This document shows, one piece after another, positions 9,405 through 18,747 of a stretch of DNA of 64,000 nucleotides (its first letter is position 1; each line of letters begins with the position of its first letter). The DNA is taken from NCBI GenBank assembly GCA_963712675.1, contig CAVQJF010000021.1, forward strand, positions 319,114 to 383,113, in the 5' to 3' direction. Source of the DNA: an uncultured Solirubrobacteraceae bacterium. Its GTDB lineage: Bacteria > Actinomycetota > Thermoleophilia > Solirubrobacterales > Solirubrobacteraceae. Below the pieces are notes generated by a model, which was not told where the DNA came from, ran no database searches, and saw only the letters and a program-made list of their open reading frames with translations. A program made the translations under genes and the position numbers.

Positions 9405-10534
9405 TGAGCGCGTCCGACCGGCCGGCGGCGCTGTTCGCGGGGGTCGAGCCGCTCGAGGTGTTCGTCGAGCTGCTCGCCGAGCTCGACACGGACACATCCT
9501 CGACCGAGTTCTACGACCGTATCTGCGAGGCGATCTGCCGGCTGACGACGATGCGCCGCGCGGCGATCTTCATGGCCGACGCAGGCCGCCGGCGGGTGCG
9601 CGCGGTCGGCGCGCACGGCACCTCGTTCGAGCAACTCTCCGCACTGCGCCCGACGCTTGTCGACACCCCGATCGCGCAGCGCGCGCTGATGCTCGACGAG
9701 GTCGTCGTCGTCTCCGAGCGGATCGAAGAAGCGGTCCCGGCGCAGATCGCCGAGGTGCTTGGGATCACGACGCTCGTGTGCACGCCGCTGAGTGCGGCGG
9801 GCCGCGCGTATGGAGTCATCTGCGCCGATCGAGGCGGCGGGACGTTCGAGCTCTCAGACGGCGAGCGCCACCTGCTGTGGACGCTCGGCAAGACGGCGGC
9901 GCTGGTCGCGACGGCGCGCAACGCGACCCGCCAGCAGGAACGCGCGCGGCGGCTGTCCGAGCGGATCGACTTCGCGCGCGAGATCCACGAGCGGGTGCTG
10001 CAGCGCCTGTTCGGCGTATCGCTCGCGCTGAGCGCATCGACCCCGCTGGGCGAGCAGGAGCGCGAACGGTGTCGCGTCGAGATGCAGGAGGCCCTGTCGG
10101 ACCTGCGGCGCGCGCTCGAGCGGCCGCTGGCGCCGGTGCCGGCCGAGACCGGGACGACGCTCGCCGCCGAGCTCGAGCGGGTAGCGAATTCGCTTCCGAG
10201 CAGGAAGCTTCGTGTCGACTGGCCCGTCGGCGTCACGGTGCCGGAGGAGCTCGAGCCGCTCGCGCAGTCCGTGCTGGCCGAGGCGCTGCGCAACATCGCC
10301 AAGCACGCGGCCGCCTCGGGGATCGACGTCGAGGTTTCCCGCGACGCGGACACGTTCACGCTCATGGTCCGCAATGACGGTGTCGGCGGCGGCGCCCGCG
10401 GCGCCGGGATGGGGCTGCGGCTGGCGGCGTTCGAGGCGTTGCAGCACGGCGGCGTGGTCGAGTTCGGGCCGGCGGGGGAGACCGGGTGGCGCGTGCGACT
10501 GGTCGTGCCGTTGCCGCAGGAGGCGAGCGCTTGA
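9404..10534 (+). CDS. GAF-domain sensor histidine kinase (HisKA_3/NarX type)
   Basis: GAF region, H-box AREIHE, EALRNIAKHA, NDGVG, GMGL; TAATG overlap with fbiC. Confidence 0.88.
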   Translation: MSASDRPAALFAGVEPLEVFVELLAELDTDTSSTEFYDRICEAICRLTTMRRAAIFMADAGRRRVRAVGAHGTSFEQLSALRPTLVDTPIAQRALMLDEVVVVSERIEEAVPAQIAEVLGITTLVCTPLSAAGRAYGVICADRGGGTFELSDGERHLLWTLGKTAALVATARNATRQQERARRLSERIDFAREIHERVLQRLFGVSLALSASTPLGEQERERCRVEMQEALSDLRRALERPLAPVPAETGTTLAAELERVANSLPSRKLRVDWPVGVTVPEELEPLAQSVLAEALRNIAKHAAASGIDVEVSRDADTFTLMVRNDGVGGGARGAGMGLRLAAFEALQHGGVVEFGPAGETGWRVRLVVPLPQEASA

Positions 10535-11154
10535 GTGTCGGCGGGCGCCCGCTCGATCCGCGGAAGCTGCGCGTACTGGTCGTCGACGACCACGACGTGG
10601 TCCATTGGGGCTTCCGCGTGCTGCTCGGCGAGCAGTTCTGGGTCGAGCGATGCCTGGCGGCGCGGACCGGAGCCGAGGCGCTCGAGCTGACCCGCTCACT
10701 GCAGCCGCACGTCGCGCTGGTGGACCTGTTCCTGGCCGGTGAGTCCGGCGCCGACGTTTGCAAGTCGATTCGCGAGTGCTCGCCGTCGACGCGCGTGCTG
10801 CTGATCTCCGGCGCGGGGCGAATGTCGCCGGCGGCGGCGCGGGCGGCCGGCGCCTCGGGGTTCGTCTCAAAGGACCTCGAGGCACGGGATCTGGCGGCCG
10901 CGGTGCGGATGGTCGGGCTCGGGATGACGATGTTCCCGCCCAAATCCGAGCAGCCAAAGCCGCCGCTGACCGAGCGCGAACGGGAGGTGCTCGACCTGAT
11001 CGCGGTCGGCTCGACCAATCGTGAGATCGCCGAGACGCTGTTCCTGTCGCCCCATACGGTCAAGGAGCACACGAGCACGCTGTATCGGAAGCTCGGTGCC
11101 CGCAACCGAGCGGAGGCGGTGCAGCTGGCTCAGCGGATCGGTTTGCTCGGCTGA
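10531..11154 (+). CDS. NarL/LuxR response regulator
   Basis: VLVVDDH receiver, LVDL, SK; LTEREREVL..TNREIAETLFLSPHTVKEH HTH; TTG start overlapping the kinase stop. Confidence 0.92.
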   Translation: MSVGGRPLDPRKLRVLVVDDHDVVHWGFRVLLGEQFWVERCLAARTGAEALELTRSLQPHVALVDLFLAGESGADVCKSIRECSPSTRVLLISGAGRMSPAAARAAGASGFVSKDLEARDLAAAVRMVGLGMTMFPPKSEQPKPPLTEREREVLDLIAVGSTNREIAETLFLSPHTVKEHTSTLYRKLGARNRAEAVQLAQRIGLLG

Positions 11155-11171
11155 GCTCGAGCTGGAAGGTT

Positions 11172-11192
11172 GCCGCCGGCCTCGACGGCGGC
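11172..11192 (+). terminator. GC hairpin after response regulator (possible terminator)
   Basis: GCCGCCG-7 nt-CGGCGGC; no U-tract. Confidence 0.35.
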
Positions 11193-11219
11193 TGGGCCCC
11201 GGTTCTACTCGTCGACGAT

Positions 11220-11310
11220 CTCGGCCGCCGATGCGTGCTCCCTGACGCCCGGCGCCGAGCGGCTCTGGCCCTCGGCCGCCGATGCGTGCTCCCTGACGCC
11301 CTCGGCCGCA
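11220..11310. repeat. 31-bp perfect direct repeat x2 plus a partial third copy
   Basis: CTCGGCCGCCGATGCGTGCTCCCTGACGCCC at 11220-11250 and 11271-11301, 20-bp spacer, then TCGGCCGCA. Confidence 0.85.
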
Positions 11311-11389
11311 TGTTTGGCGCTTGCGCGGTACCCCTGTGTACGCTAGAGTACGCAAAGTGACGGGCGGGAAGTTGCTGACAGGGCGGTTG

Positions 11390-12628
11390 GTGCGCGTGGT
11401 CGCCTTTGTGGCCGGGCTCGTCTGTGCCGCGGTGACTTTCGTGGGTGCGGCGCCGGCGTCGGCGGCTGCGGTGCCACTGCCGACGAGCGATCCGTTCTAC
11501 GCCGTGCCGGCCGGGATCGCGGGGCTGGCGAACGGCACGATCCTCGCCTCGCGTCCGATCACCGCCGTCGCCGGTCCCATCCCGCTTCCGGCGCACGCGT
11601 GGGAGGTCAAGTACAAGACGCTTGACAACCACGGCGAGCCGACCGCCACCGTGGCGACGGTGCTCGTTCCGCGCAGCAAGTGGAACCACCCAGGCCCGCG
11701 CCCGCTCGTCTCCTACCAGACCGCCGAGGACGGCGTGGGCGCGAAGTGCTCGCCCTCGTACGCGCTCCACGGCGGCCTCGCGTCGGGCGACTCGAACTCC
11801 GACGCCGAGACGGCGGTGATCGCGACCGCGCTCCTTCAGGGGTGGGCCGTAGTCGCCCCCGACTACGAGGGGCCAAAATCGGACTTCATCGGCGCGATGA
11901 TCGAGGCGCGTGGGGTGCTCGACGGGGTCCGCGCCGCGCTGCAGTTCGCGCCGGCCGGGTTCGCCGCCTCGACACCTGTGGCGCTGTGGGGCTACTCCGG
12001 CGGCGCGCTCGCGTCGAGCCTCGCGGCGCAGCTGCAGCCGACGTACGCGCCGGAGCTCAAGCTGACGGCGGTCGCCTTGGGCGGGGAGGTGGGCGACGTC
12101 AACGCCACCCTGGATGCCTTCAACGGAACCGCCTTCGGCGGCGGCATCGTCGTCGGGTACGTCGGGCTCGACCGTTCCTATCCGAGCGCGGACCTCGAGC
12201 AGTACCTGAACGCCGCCGGTCGGCGACTGCTCGCCACGAATCAGACCGACTGTCTAGCCGATGGGGCGGTCAAGTACCCGTTCTTCAACATCAAGAAGTA
12301 CGAATCGGTCCCGAACGCAGTCCAGCTGCCCGCGGTGCAATCGCTGCTGCGCAGCGTGAGTCCGCTTTGGTTCGGGGGCACGCCGACCGCTCCGGTGTAC
12401 GACTACCACGCCGTGGGCGACGAGCTCGCACCGATCGGACCCGACCGCGCCCTGATGCGGCAATACTGCGCCGCGGGGGTCGTCGTCGACCACCACGAGG
12501 ATCTCGTTGGCGAGCACCTGTCCGAGGCGGTCACGGGCGCCCCGGGCGCGATCGCCTACCTCGCGCACCGATTCGCCGGCAAGCCGGCGCCGAACAACTG
12601 CCGCTCGGTTCCGCCCGGCACGCCATAG
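11390..12628 (+). CDS. Secreted lipase (LIP/secretory lipase family)
   Basis: Signal peptide ending ASAAAV; DPFY, LVSYQTAED, PDYEG, WGYSGG nucleophile, GEHLS; start uncertain. Confidence 0.88.
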   Translation: MRVVAFVAGLVCAAVTFVGAAPASAAAVPLPTSDPFYAVPAGIAGLANGTILASRPITAVAGPIPLPAHAWEVKYKTLDNHGEPTATVATVLVPRSKWNHPGPRPLVSYQTAEDGVGAKCSPSYALHGGLASGDSNSDAETAVIATALLQGWAVVAPDYEGPKSDFIGAMIEARGVLDGVRAALQFAPAGFAASTPVALWGYSGGALASSLAAQLQPTYAPELKLTAVALGGEVGDVNATLDAFNGTAFGGGIVVGYVGLDRSYPSADLEQYLNAAGRRLLATNQTDCLADGAVKYPFFNIKKYESVPNAVQLPAVQSLLRSVSPLWFGGTPTAPVYDYHAVGDELAPIGPDRALMRQYCAAGVVVDHHEDLVGEHLSEAVTGAPGAIAYLAHRFAGKPAPNNCRSVPPGTP

Positions 12629-12748
12629 CGCGCGCGTGGTAGGACGAACTTTGGCTCCGGCGTCGTAGATATTTGGCCGCGAGCGCCAGAGTTTCTGGTT
12701 CGTAAGAGATGATGGCTTCACTCTGGACGAACCCGATGGAGGCCTGAC

Positions 12749-13504
12749 ATGACCGACCAACTCGACGCCAGGCAGGAGGACCTCGCCGCGCGGTCGCAGT
12801 GGGACTTCAGCGATCTGCGCGCGCTGTACATCAACTGCACCCTCAAGCGCTCGCCCGAGGTCTCGAACACGCGAGGCCTGGCGGACCGTTCGATCGCGGT
12901 GATGGAGCGCAACGGCGTTGCGGTCGAGGTGATCAGGGCCGTCGATCGCGAGATCGCGAGCGGCGTCTACCCGGACATGACCGAGCACGGGTGGGAGCGC
13001 GACGATTGGCCGGCGATCTTCGAGCAGGTCCTGGCGGCCGACATCCTGGTGCTGCTCGCGCCGATCTGGCTGGGGGAGAAGTCCTCGGTCTGCACGCGCG
13101 TGATCGAGCGCCTGTACGGCAACAGTCATCTCCTCAACGATGCCGGCCAGTGGGCCTACTACGGCCGCGTCGGAGGCTGCCTGATCACGGGCAACGAAGA
13201 CGGCGCCAAGCACTGCGCGATGAACATCCTCTATTCGCTCCAGCACCTCGGCTACACGATCCCGCCCCAGGCGGACTCCGGTTGGCTCGGAGAGGCGGGG
13301 CCGGGACCGAGCTATCTCGACCCAGGGTCAGGCGGCCCCGAGAACGACTTCACGAACCGCAACACGACGTTCATGACCTGGAATCTGATGCACATGGCGA
13401 GGATGCTCAAGGACGCGGGCGGGATCCCGGCGCACGGCAACCAGAAGAGCTCTTGGGACGCCGGCTGCCGATTCGACTACCCGAACCCTGAGCACAGAGC
13501 CTGA
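12749..13504 (+). CDS. Flavodoxin family / NAD(P)H-dependent FMN reductase-like protein
   Basis: ALYINCTLKRSPEVSNT, ADILVLLAPIWLGE, GNEDGAKH; GGAGG RBS. Confidence 0.85.
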   Translation: MTDQLDARQEDLAARSQWDFSDLRALYINCTLKRSPEVSNTRGLADRSIAVMERNGVAVEVIRAVDREIASGVYPDMTEHGWERDDWPAIFEQVLAADILVLLAPIWLGEKSSVCTRVIERLYGNSHLLNDAGQWAYYGRVGGCLITGNEDGAKHCAMNILYSLQHLGYTIPPQADSGWLGEAGPGPSYLDPGSGGPENDFTNRNTTFMTWNLMHMARMLKDAGGIPAHGNQKSSWDAGCRFDYPNPEHRA

Positions 13505-13533
13505 ACCGCGCTGCTCGCGTCTAGGATCGAGCG

Positions 13534-14409
13534 GTGGCTTCCCTGGACGCAACGGCGCCGCTCTCACGCGTGCCCTCACCGGCGCTCGTGATCGGAGGTA
13601 TCGCGTCGGTCCAGATCGGCTCGGCGATCGCCGACAAGCTGTTCGCGCAGACAGGTCCGGGCGGCGCGGCGTTTTTGCGCCTCGCGTTCGGCAGCCTGCT
13701 TCTGAGCCTCGTCTGGCGGCCCCGCCCGCGGTCGCGCACGCGCCGGGAGCTGTTCCTAGCCGCCGCGTTCGGGCTCGTGCTGGCGACGATGAACGTCAGC
13801 TTCTACCACGCAATCCATCGGATCCCGCTCGGGATCGCGGTCGCGATCGAGTTCTTCGGGCCGCTGACCGTCGCCTTGGTCGGCTCGCGGCGACCGCGCG
13901 ACGTCATCTGGGTCGCCCTGGCGCTGGTCGGCATCCTCGCGCTGACGCACGGCAGCACGCACGGGATCGACGCGCTCGGGGTGATGTTCGCGCTGATCGC
14001 CGCCTGTATGTGGGCGGGTTACATCTGGCTCAACGCGCGGCTGGGCCGGACGTTCAAGGACGGCGGCGGTCTCGCTCTCGCGGTCTGCATAGCGGCGCTC
14101 CTGGCGCTGCCCGACGGAGTCGCGGAGGGAGGCGCCTCGCTGCTGCGCCCACATTCGTTGATCATCGGGGTGGTGGTCGGTCTGCTGTCCTCAGCGATCC
14201 CCTACTCGTTCGAGAACGAGGCTCTGCGGCGGATCGCGACCAACGTGTTCGGCGTCCTGATGAGTCTCGAGCCGGCGATGGCAGCGCTGGCGGGCTTCAT
14301 CGTGCTGGGCCAGAACTTGACCGCGCGGGAGTCCGTCGGCGTCGCGCTGGTCGTGGTCGCGTCCGCCGGAGCGTCCCGACACGCGCGTGAAGCGCCGCTA
14401 CCGCCATGA
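13534..14409 (+). CDS. EamA/DMT family transporter (RhtA-like)
   Basis: SVQIGSAIA, IPLGIAVAIEFFGPL, SAIPYSFE, LMSLEPA; about 10 TM segments. Confidence 0.9.
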   Translation: MASLDATAPLSRVPSPALVIGGIASVQIGSAIADKLFAQTGPGGAAFLRLAFGSLLLSLVWRPRPRSRTRRELFLAAAFGLVLATMNVSFYHAIHRIPLGIAVAIEFFGPLTVALVGSRRPRDVIWVALALVGILALTHGSTHGIDALGVMFALIAACMWAGYIWLNARLGRTFKDGGGLALAVCIAALLALPDGVAEGGASLLRPHSLIIGVVVGLLSSAIPYSFENEALRRIATNVFGVLMSLEPAMAALAGFIVLGQNLTARESVGVALVVVASAGASRHAREAPLPP

Positions 14410-15143
14410 GCCCTGATCGGCCGGAGGCCACGCGGATCGCGGTCGCCGGCGACGTTTCCGCGCTGGCGCTCCGCGAGGAGGTGCGGGCGCGAGCTGCTCG
14501 CCTCGGCCTGCTCGGGTGGGTACGGCTGATGGAGGACGGCACCTTGTCCATGCATGCGGAGGGGGACCCGGCCGCGCTCGAGAGTCTCGTCGCATCGCTG
14601 GGGGCGATCGCGGCCGTTGACTCGGTTTCGGAGACCAAGGTCCGGGTCGAAGGTCACGAGCAGTTTGCGATCCGGGGCGTGCCGGCCGGAGTGTTCGTCG
14701 TCCAGGAGCATCAGGCGACGGCCCACCACTTCGACGTGCGACTCGAGGTGGACGGGGTGATGCGGTCCTGGGCCGTCCCGAAGGGCCCGTCCATGGACCC
14801 GGCGCTCAAGCGGTTCGCCGTACAGGTGGAGGACCACGACATGGGACACAACGAGTTCGAAGGGCGGGCCGGCGCCGGCGCGGTCATCATCTGGGACCGC
14901 GGCGAGTACGAGCAGGGGGGACGGGTACCGTGGCCCGAGGCGCTCGAGCGTGGCCACGCGGTGTTCGTGCTTCATGGCAGCAAGCTCCGCGGTGGCTTCG
15001 CGCTGCAGCGGACGCGTGGCGGCGACAAGCCGCAGTGGCTGCTTATCAAGCGCCGCGACGAGTTCGCTGTCTCCGGCTCGGACATCGTCGCCGAGCACCC
15101 CGAGTCGGTCACGAGCGGCCTGCGGCTGGACGCGCTGCTATAG
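14406..15143 (+). CDS. Acylphosphatase-like domain fused to LigD 3'-phosphoesterase (PE) domain
   Basis: N-terminal GLLGWVRLMEDGTLSMHAEG (AcyP-like); C-terminal FVVQEHQATAHHFDVRLEVDGVMRSWAVPKGPS..VEDH (LigD PE). Confidence 0.85.
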   Translation: MSPDRPEATRIAVAGDVSALALREEVRARAARLGLLGWVRLMEDGTLSMHAEGDPAALESLVASLGAIAAVDSVSETKVRVEGHEQFAIRGVPAGVFVVQEHQATAHHFDVRLEVDGVMRSWAVPKGPSMDPALKRFAVQVEDHDMGHNEFEGRAGAGAVIIWDRGEYEQGGRVPWPEALERGHAVFVLHGSKLRGGFALQRTRGGDKPQWLLIKRRDEFAVSGSDIVAEHPESVTSGLRLDALL

Positions 15144-15911
15144 CCCGTCGGGCTTACGCGCACCGACGAACTGGGCGAGACCGGTCACCTGCTGGCGGAC
15201 GTCCACGAGCCCCGCGGCCCTGAACGCGTCGGTGACCTCTCCGCGGCCGAACACGCGCACGCCACTGGGCGCCGTCACGAGTCGCGCGAGCGCCAACGTG
15301 GCCGGCGGCCCGCGATGGACGCTCGTCAGCACAGCGATCCGACCGCCTGGCGCGAGCACTCGGACCATCTCGGCGATTGCGTCGAACGGGCGATCCATCA
15401 GATACAGCGCGGCGTAGCAGCAGACCGCGTTGAAGCTCGCGTCGCGGAACGGCAGTCGCTGCGCGTCGGCACGCATGTACGCGGCGTTCGCTGCATCGGT
15501 GTCGCGCACCGCGCGCTCGAGCATCGAGGGAGACGCGTCGATCCCGACCAGGAGTCCGGCCGGGCCGATCCACTCGAGCAGCCGGCGGGAGATGTTTCCG
15601 GGTCCGCAGGCGACGTCGAGGACCGTGTCGTCGCGGTCGAGGTCGAGCAGCTCGTACGTCGCCCGGTTCTCGATCGGGCCGCCGACGCCCGCGGCGCCGA
15701 ACGCCAGCCTCACTCCGACCGGCCGCCACAGCCGCTCGTAGATCAACGGCAGCAGCCGGCTCGTCATCGCCGCCTGACCGAGCGTGCGCGCCCCGGACGG
15801 AGCGTCGCCCAGCAGATCGAGATAGCCGTCGCGGATCCTCGGGTTCTCGGGCGGCGGCGCCAGGAGGTCGAGCGCTCGCTCGAGCGCGCTCGCTTCGCTT
15901 GTCACTGCCAT
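15138..15911 (-). CDS. Class I SAM-dependent methyltransferase
   Basis: VLDVACGPG, GIDASPSML, RADAQRLPFRD; TAATG coupling with the upstream P450. Confidence 0.9.
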   Translation of the reverse strand: MAVTSEASALERALDLLAPPPENPRIRDGYLDLLGDAPSGARTLGQAAMTSRLLPLIYERLWRPVGVRLAFGAAGVGGPIENRATYELLDLDRDDTVLDVACGPGNISRRLLEWIGPAGLLVGIDASPSMLERAVRDTDAANAAYMRADAQRLPFRDASFNAVCCYAALYLMDRPFDAIAEMVRVLAPGGRIAVLTSVHRGPPATLALARLVTAPSGVRVFGRGEVTDAFRAAGLVDVRQQVTGLAQFVGARKPDGL

Positions 15912-17329
15912 TAGGCGGCCAATCCTAGGCGGCTCGCGGCCGGTGCGGACTGCTGTCGCGCCCGGCGCCTGAACACGGCGCGACCGCCCTTGCCCGGCGC
16001 GAACGTGACGCCGCGGAACGCCCACGCCTCGTCGTCCTCGGTCGTCGGCTCGAGCTCGAGGCGCCGGAGGATCGTCTGCAGCACGACATCCATCTCCATG
16101 TGCGCGAACGCCGCGCCCGGGCAGCGACGCCTGCCGCCCCCGAACGGAACCCACGCGAACGGGTCCGGGCGCTGGCCGACGAACCGGTCGGGATCGAACG
16201 CCTCCGGGTTCGGGAAGAGCCGCGGATCCTCGTGCGTGAGCGTCGCCGAGATCAGGATCCCGTGCCCCGGCGGGATCACGTAGTCGCCGAGCGCGAACGG
16301 TTTGACGACGAGCCGACCCGTACCGGGGACCACCGGGCGCACGCGCTGGAGCTCGTGGATCGTCGCGATTCTCAGCTGATCGCCGCCGGCGTCGGCCTCC
16401 TCGACCAGCCGGCGGACCAAACGCGGATGCCGGCGCAGCCGCTCGACCGCCCACGCCAGCGTCGTCGCGGTCGTTTCGTGCCCGGCGGCGAGCATCGTCG
16501 CGAGCTCGTCGTGGATTTCCGCGTCGCTCATCGGGCTGCCATCGCTGTCGTGCGTGGCCTGCGCGAGCATCGACAGCACATCGGTGCGCTGCTCAAGCTC
16601 CGGGTCGCGCCGGGCGTCGTCGAGCAGCGTGTTGATGCCCCACTCGAACCGTCGGCGCTGTCTCAGGAAGCGGCCCCAGGGGCTCCACGGGCCGAGGTCG
16701 CGCTGCAGGAACGGGATCGCGCCGAGCCGCGACCCGATCGCGATCATCGACGGCATCACGGTCCGCATCTCGTCTGCGATCTCGCGATAGCGGTCGCCGT
16801 CCGCGCCAAAAACCGCGCGGATGATCGCATTCAGCGTGATCCGCATGAACGGCTCGAGCGTGCGGATCTCGTACCCGTCGGGCCAGCTCTCGATCTCCCT
16901 GATCGTCTCCTCCTCGACGATCGACTCGTACGCGCGCATCCGGTCGCCGTGGAACGGCGGCATCAGCAGCTTGCGGTGCTCCACGTGCTGCCTGCCGTCG
17001 ATCGCGAGCAGCGAGTTGGGGCCGAGCGTGCTCGCGAAGGGACTGCCCTCGCCGAAGTGGAGCGTCTCCTCGTCGGCCGCGAACACCTGCTTGATCAGCG
17101 CGGGATCGGACACGACCACGCTTCGCCCGAGCCCGGGGAGGTCAACCGTGAACAGGTCGCCGTAGCGCTCGCGGAGCTTGTGGACGCCCGGGACCGGGGA
17201 GCGGAGCTCGGGAGCGCCGGGGAGGCGCAGCATCGCGGCACCCAAGACGACCCCGGCGACCAGACCCTGCAGGGCGTTTGACGCCGGTGGACCGGGCGGG
17301 AGGTCGTTGATCGATGCGCGGGTAGCCAT
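15911..17329 (-). CDS. Cytochrome P450 (CYP138/CYP135-like)
   Basis: AAGHETT I-helix, ELQR, FGGGRRRCPG heme motif. Confidence 0.95.
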   Translation of the reverse strand: MATRASINDLPPGPPASNALQGLVAGVVLGAAMLRLPGAPELRSPVPGVHKLRERYGDLFTVDLPGLGRSVVVSDPALIKQVFAADEETLHFGEGSPFASTLGPNSLLAIDGRQHVEHRKLLMPPFHGDRMRAYESIVEEETIREIESWPDGYEIRTLEPFMRITLNAIIRAVFGADGDRYREIADEMRTVMPSMIAIGSRLGAIPFLQRDLGPWSPWGRFLRQRRRFEWGINTLLDDARRDPELEQRTDVLSMLAQATHDSDGSPMSDAEIHDELATMLAAGHETTATTLAWAVERLRRHPRLVRRLVEEADAGGDQLRIATIHELQRVRPVVPGTGRLVVKPFALGDYVIPPGHGILISATLTHEDPRLFPNPEAFDPDRFVGQRPDPFAWVPFGGGRRRCPGAAFAHMEMDVVLQTILRRLELEPTTEDDEAWAFRGVTFAPGKGGRAVFRRRARQQSAPAASRLGLAA

Positions 17330-18735
17330 CAGGCTGCGAGCGGGACGTCGGCGGGGGCGTCGGTGCCTTTCACCGCAACTTGCCGGCGGTGAACGACGGC
17401 GCGGCCGCCGCGCCCGGGCGCGAACGCGATTCCGCGGAACAGCATCCGCTCCCCGCGCTCGGTCGTCGGCTCGAGCACCAGTTCGCGCAGGATCGTCCGC
17501 AGCGCGATGTCCATCTCCATGTGCGCGAACGCGGCGCCCGGGCAGCGGCGAACACCACCGCCGAACGGGACCCAGGTATTCGGATCAGGCCGCTTGCCGA
17601 GGAACCGATCGGGGTCGAACCGGAGCGGCTCCGGGTACGTCGCGGGGTCGTTGTGGAGGAACGGCGTCGGCAGCAGGATCACCGTCCCCCGCGGGAGGAT
17701 GTAGTCACCGAGCTCGAACGGCTCGACGACCATCCGGCCGGTGCCGGGGATCACGGGCCGTGTTCGCTGCAGCTCTCGGATCGTCGCCTCGCGCAGCTCC
17801 TTGCCGCCCTCGTCGGCTTCACTGACGAGCCTCTGTAGCACCGCTGGGTGGCGCCGGAGCCGCTCGACTGCCCAAGCGAGCGTGTTCGCGGTCGTCTCGT
17901 GGCCCGCGGCCACGACCGCCTTGAGCTGATCCGCGATCTCCCGGTCCGACAGCGGGCTTCCATCGTCTTCGTGCGTCGCGCGGGCGAGCATCGCCAACAC
18001 GTCCTCGCGCTGGTCGAGGCCCGGATCCCGGCGGGCCTCGTCGATCAGCGCATTGACTCCCCACTCGAACCGCCGGATCAACTCCGTGAACCGTGCGTAG
18101 GGGCTGCGTGGGCCGAAGTTGCGATGCAGCGGCCCCATGCCGGTGAGCCGCGAGCCGAGCTTGACGGCCTGCGGGGTCCTGATCCGGAGCTCATCCATGA
18201 TCGCGCCATCGCGGACGCCGAACACCGCGCGCAGGATGATGTTGAGGGTGATCCGCATGAACGGGTTGGTCGTGCGGATCTCCTGGCCCTCCGGCCAGCT
18301 CTCGATCTCGCGCAGCGTCTCTTCCTCGACGATCGATTCATATGCGTGCATCCGGGCGCCGTGGAGCGGCGGCAGGATGATGCGGCGCTGCTCGAGGTGC
18401 TCCTCCTCATCGAGCGAGAACAGCGATTTGGCTCCGGTGACCTTGCCGATCGGGTTTGGGGCCCCAAAGTGGAGCTGCTTCGGCGAGCCGCTGAACACCT
18501 GACGGACGAGCTCCGGCGAGCCGACGAACACGAGGTGCTTGAAGGCCGGCGCCTCTGGCACGACCCACTTGCTGGCGATCCGCGGGATCGGCAGCGAGAA
18601 CATGTCGCCCGGCATCCTCGGCACCGCCTGCTGAATCCGCGGGTCGACGCCGGCGAGCACCGCCAGGCTCGAGCCGCCGTACCGGATCAGCCATGGCAAC
18701 GGGGCCATCGGGGGAACGCCGTATCTAGTCGCCAT
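17329..18735 (-). CDS. Cytochrome P450 (tandem paralog)
   Basis: AAGHETT, ELQR, FGGGVRRCPG; TGATG coupling to the next P450. Confidence 0.95.
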   Translation of the reverse strand: MATRYGVPPMAPLPWLIRYGGSSLAVLAGVDPRIQQAVPRMPGDMFSLPIPRIASKWVVPEAPAFKHLVFVGSPELVRQVFSGSPKQLHFGAPNPIGKVTGAKSLFSLDEEEHLEQRRIILPPLHGARMHAYESIVEEETLREIESWPEGQEIRTTNPFMRITLNIILRAVFGVRDGAIMDELRIRTPQAVKLGSRLTGMGPLHRNFGPRSPYARFTELIRRFEWGVNALIDEARRDPGLDQREDVLAMLARATHEDDGSPLSDREIADQLKAVVAAGHETTANTLAWAVERLRRHPAVLQRLVSEADEGGKELREATIRELQRTRPVIPGTGRMVVEPFELGDYILPRGTVILLPTPFLHNDPATYPEPLRFDPDRFLGKRPDPNTWVPFGGGVRRCPGAAFAHMEMDIALRTILRELVLEPTTERGERMLFRGIAFAPGRGGRAVVHRRQVAVKGTDAPADVPLAA

Positions 18736-18747
18736 CGTCGTCTCCTC

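Noticed and set aside
11220-11310. CRISPR array
   Set aside because: Only two full repeats, a 20-bp spacer and no cas genes in the window.
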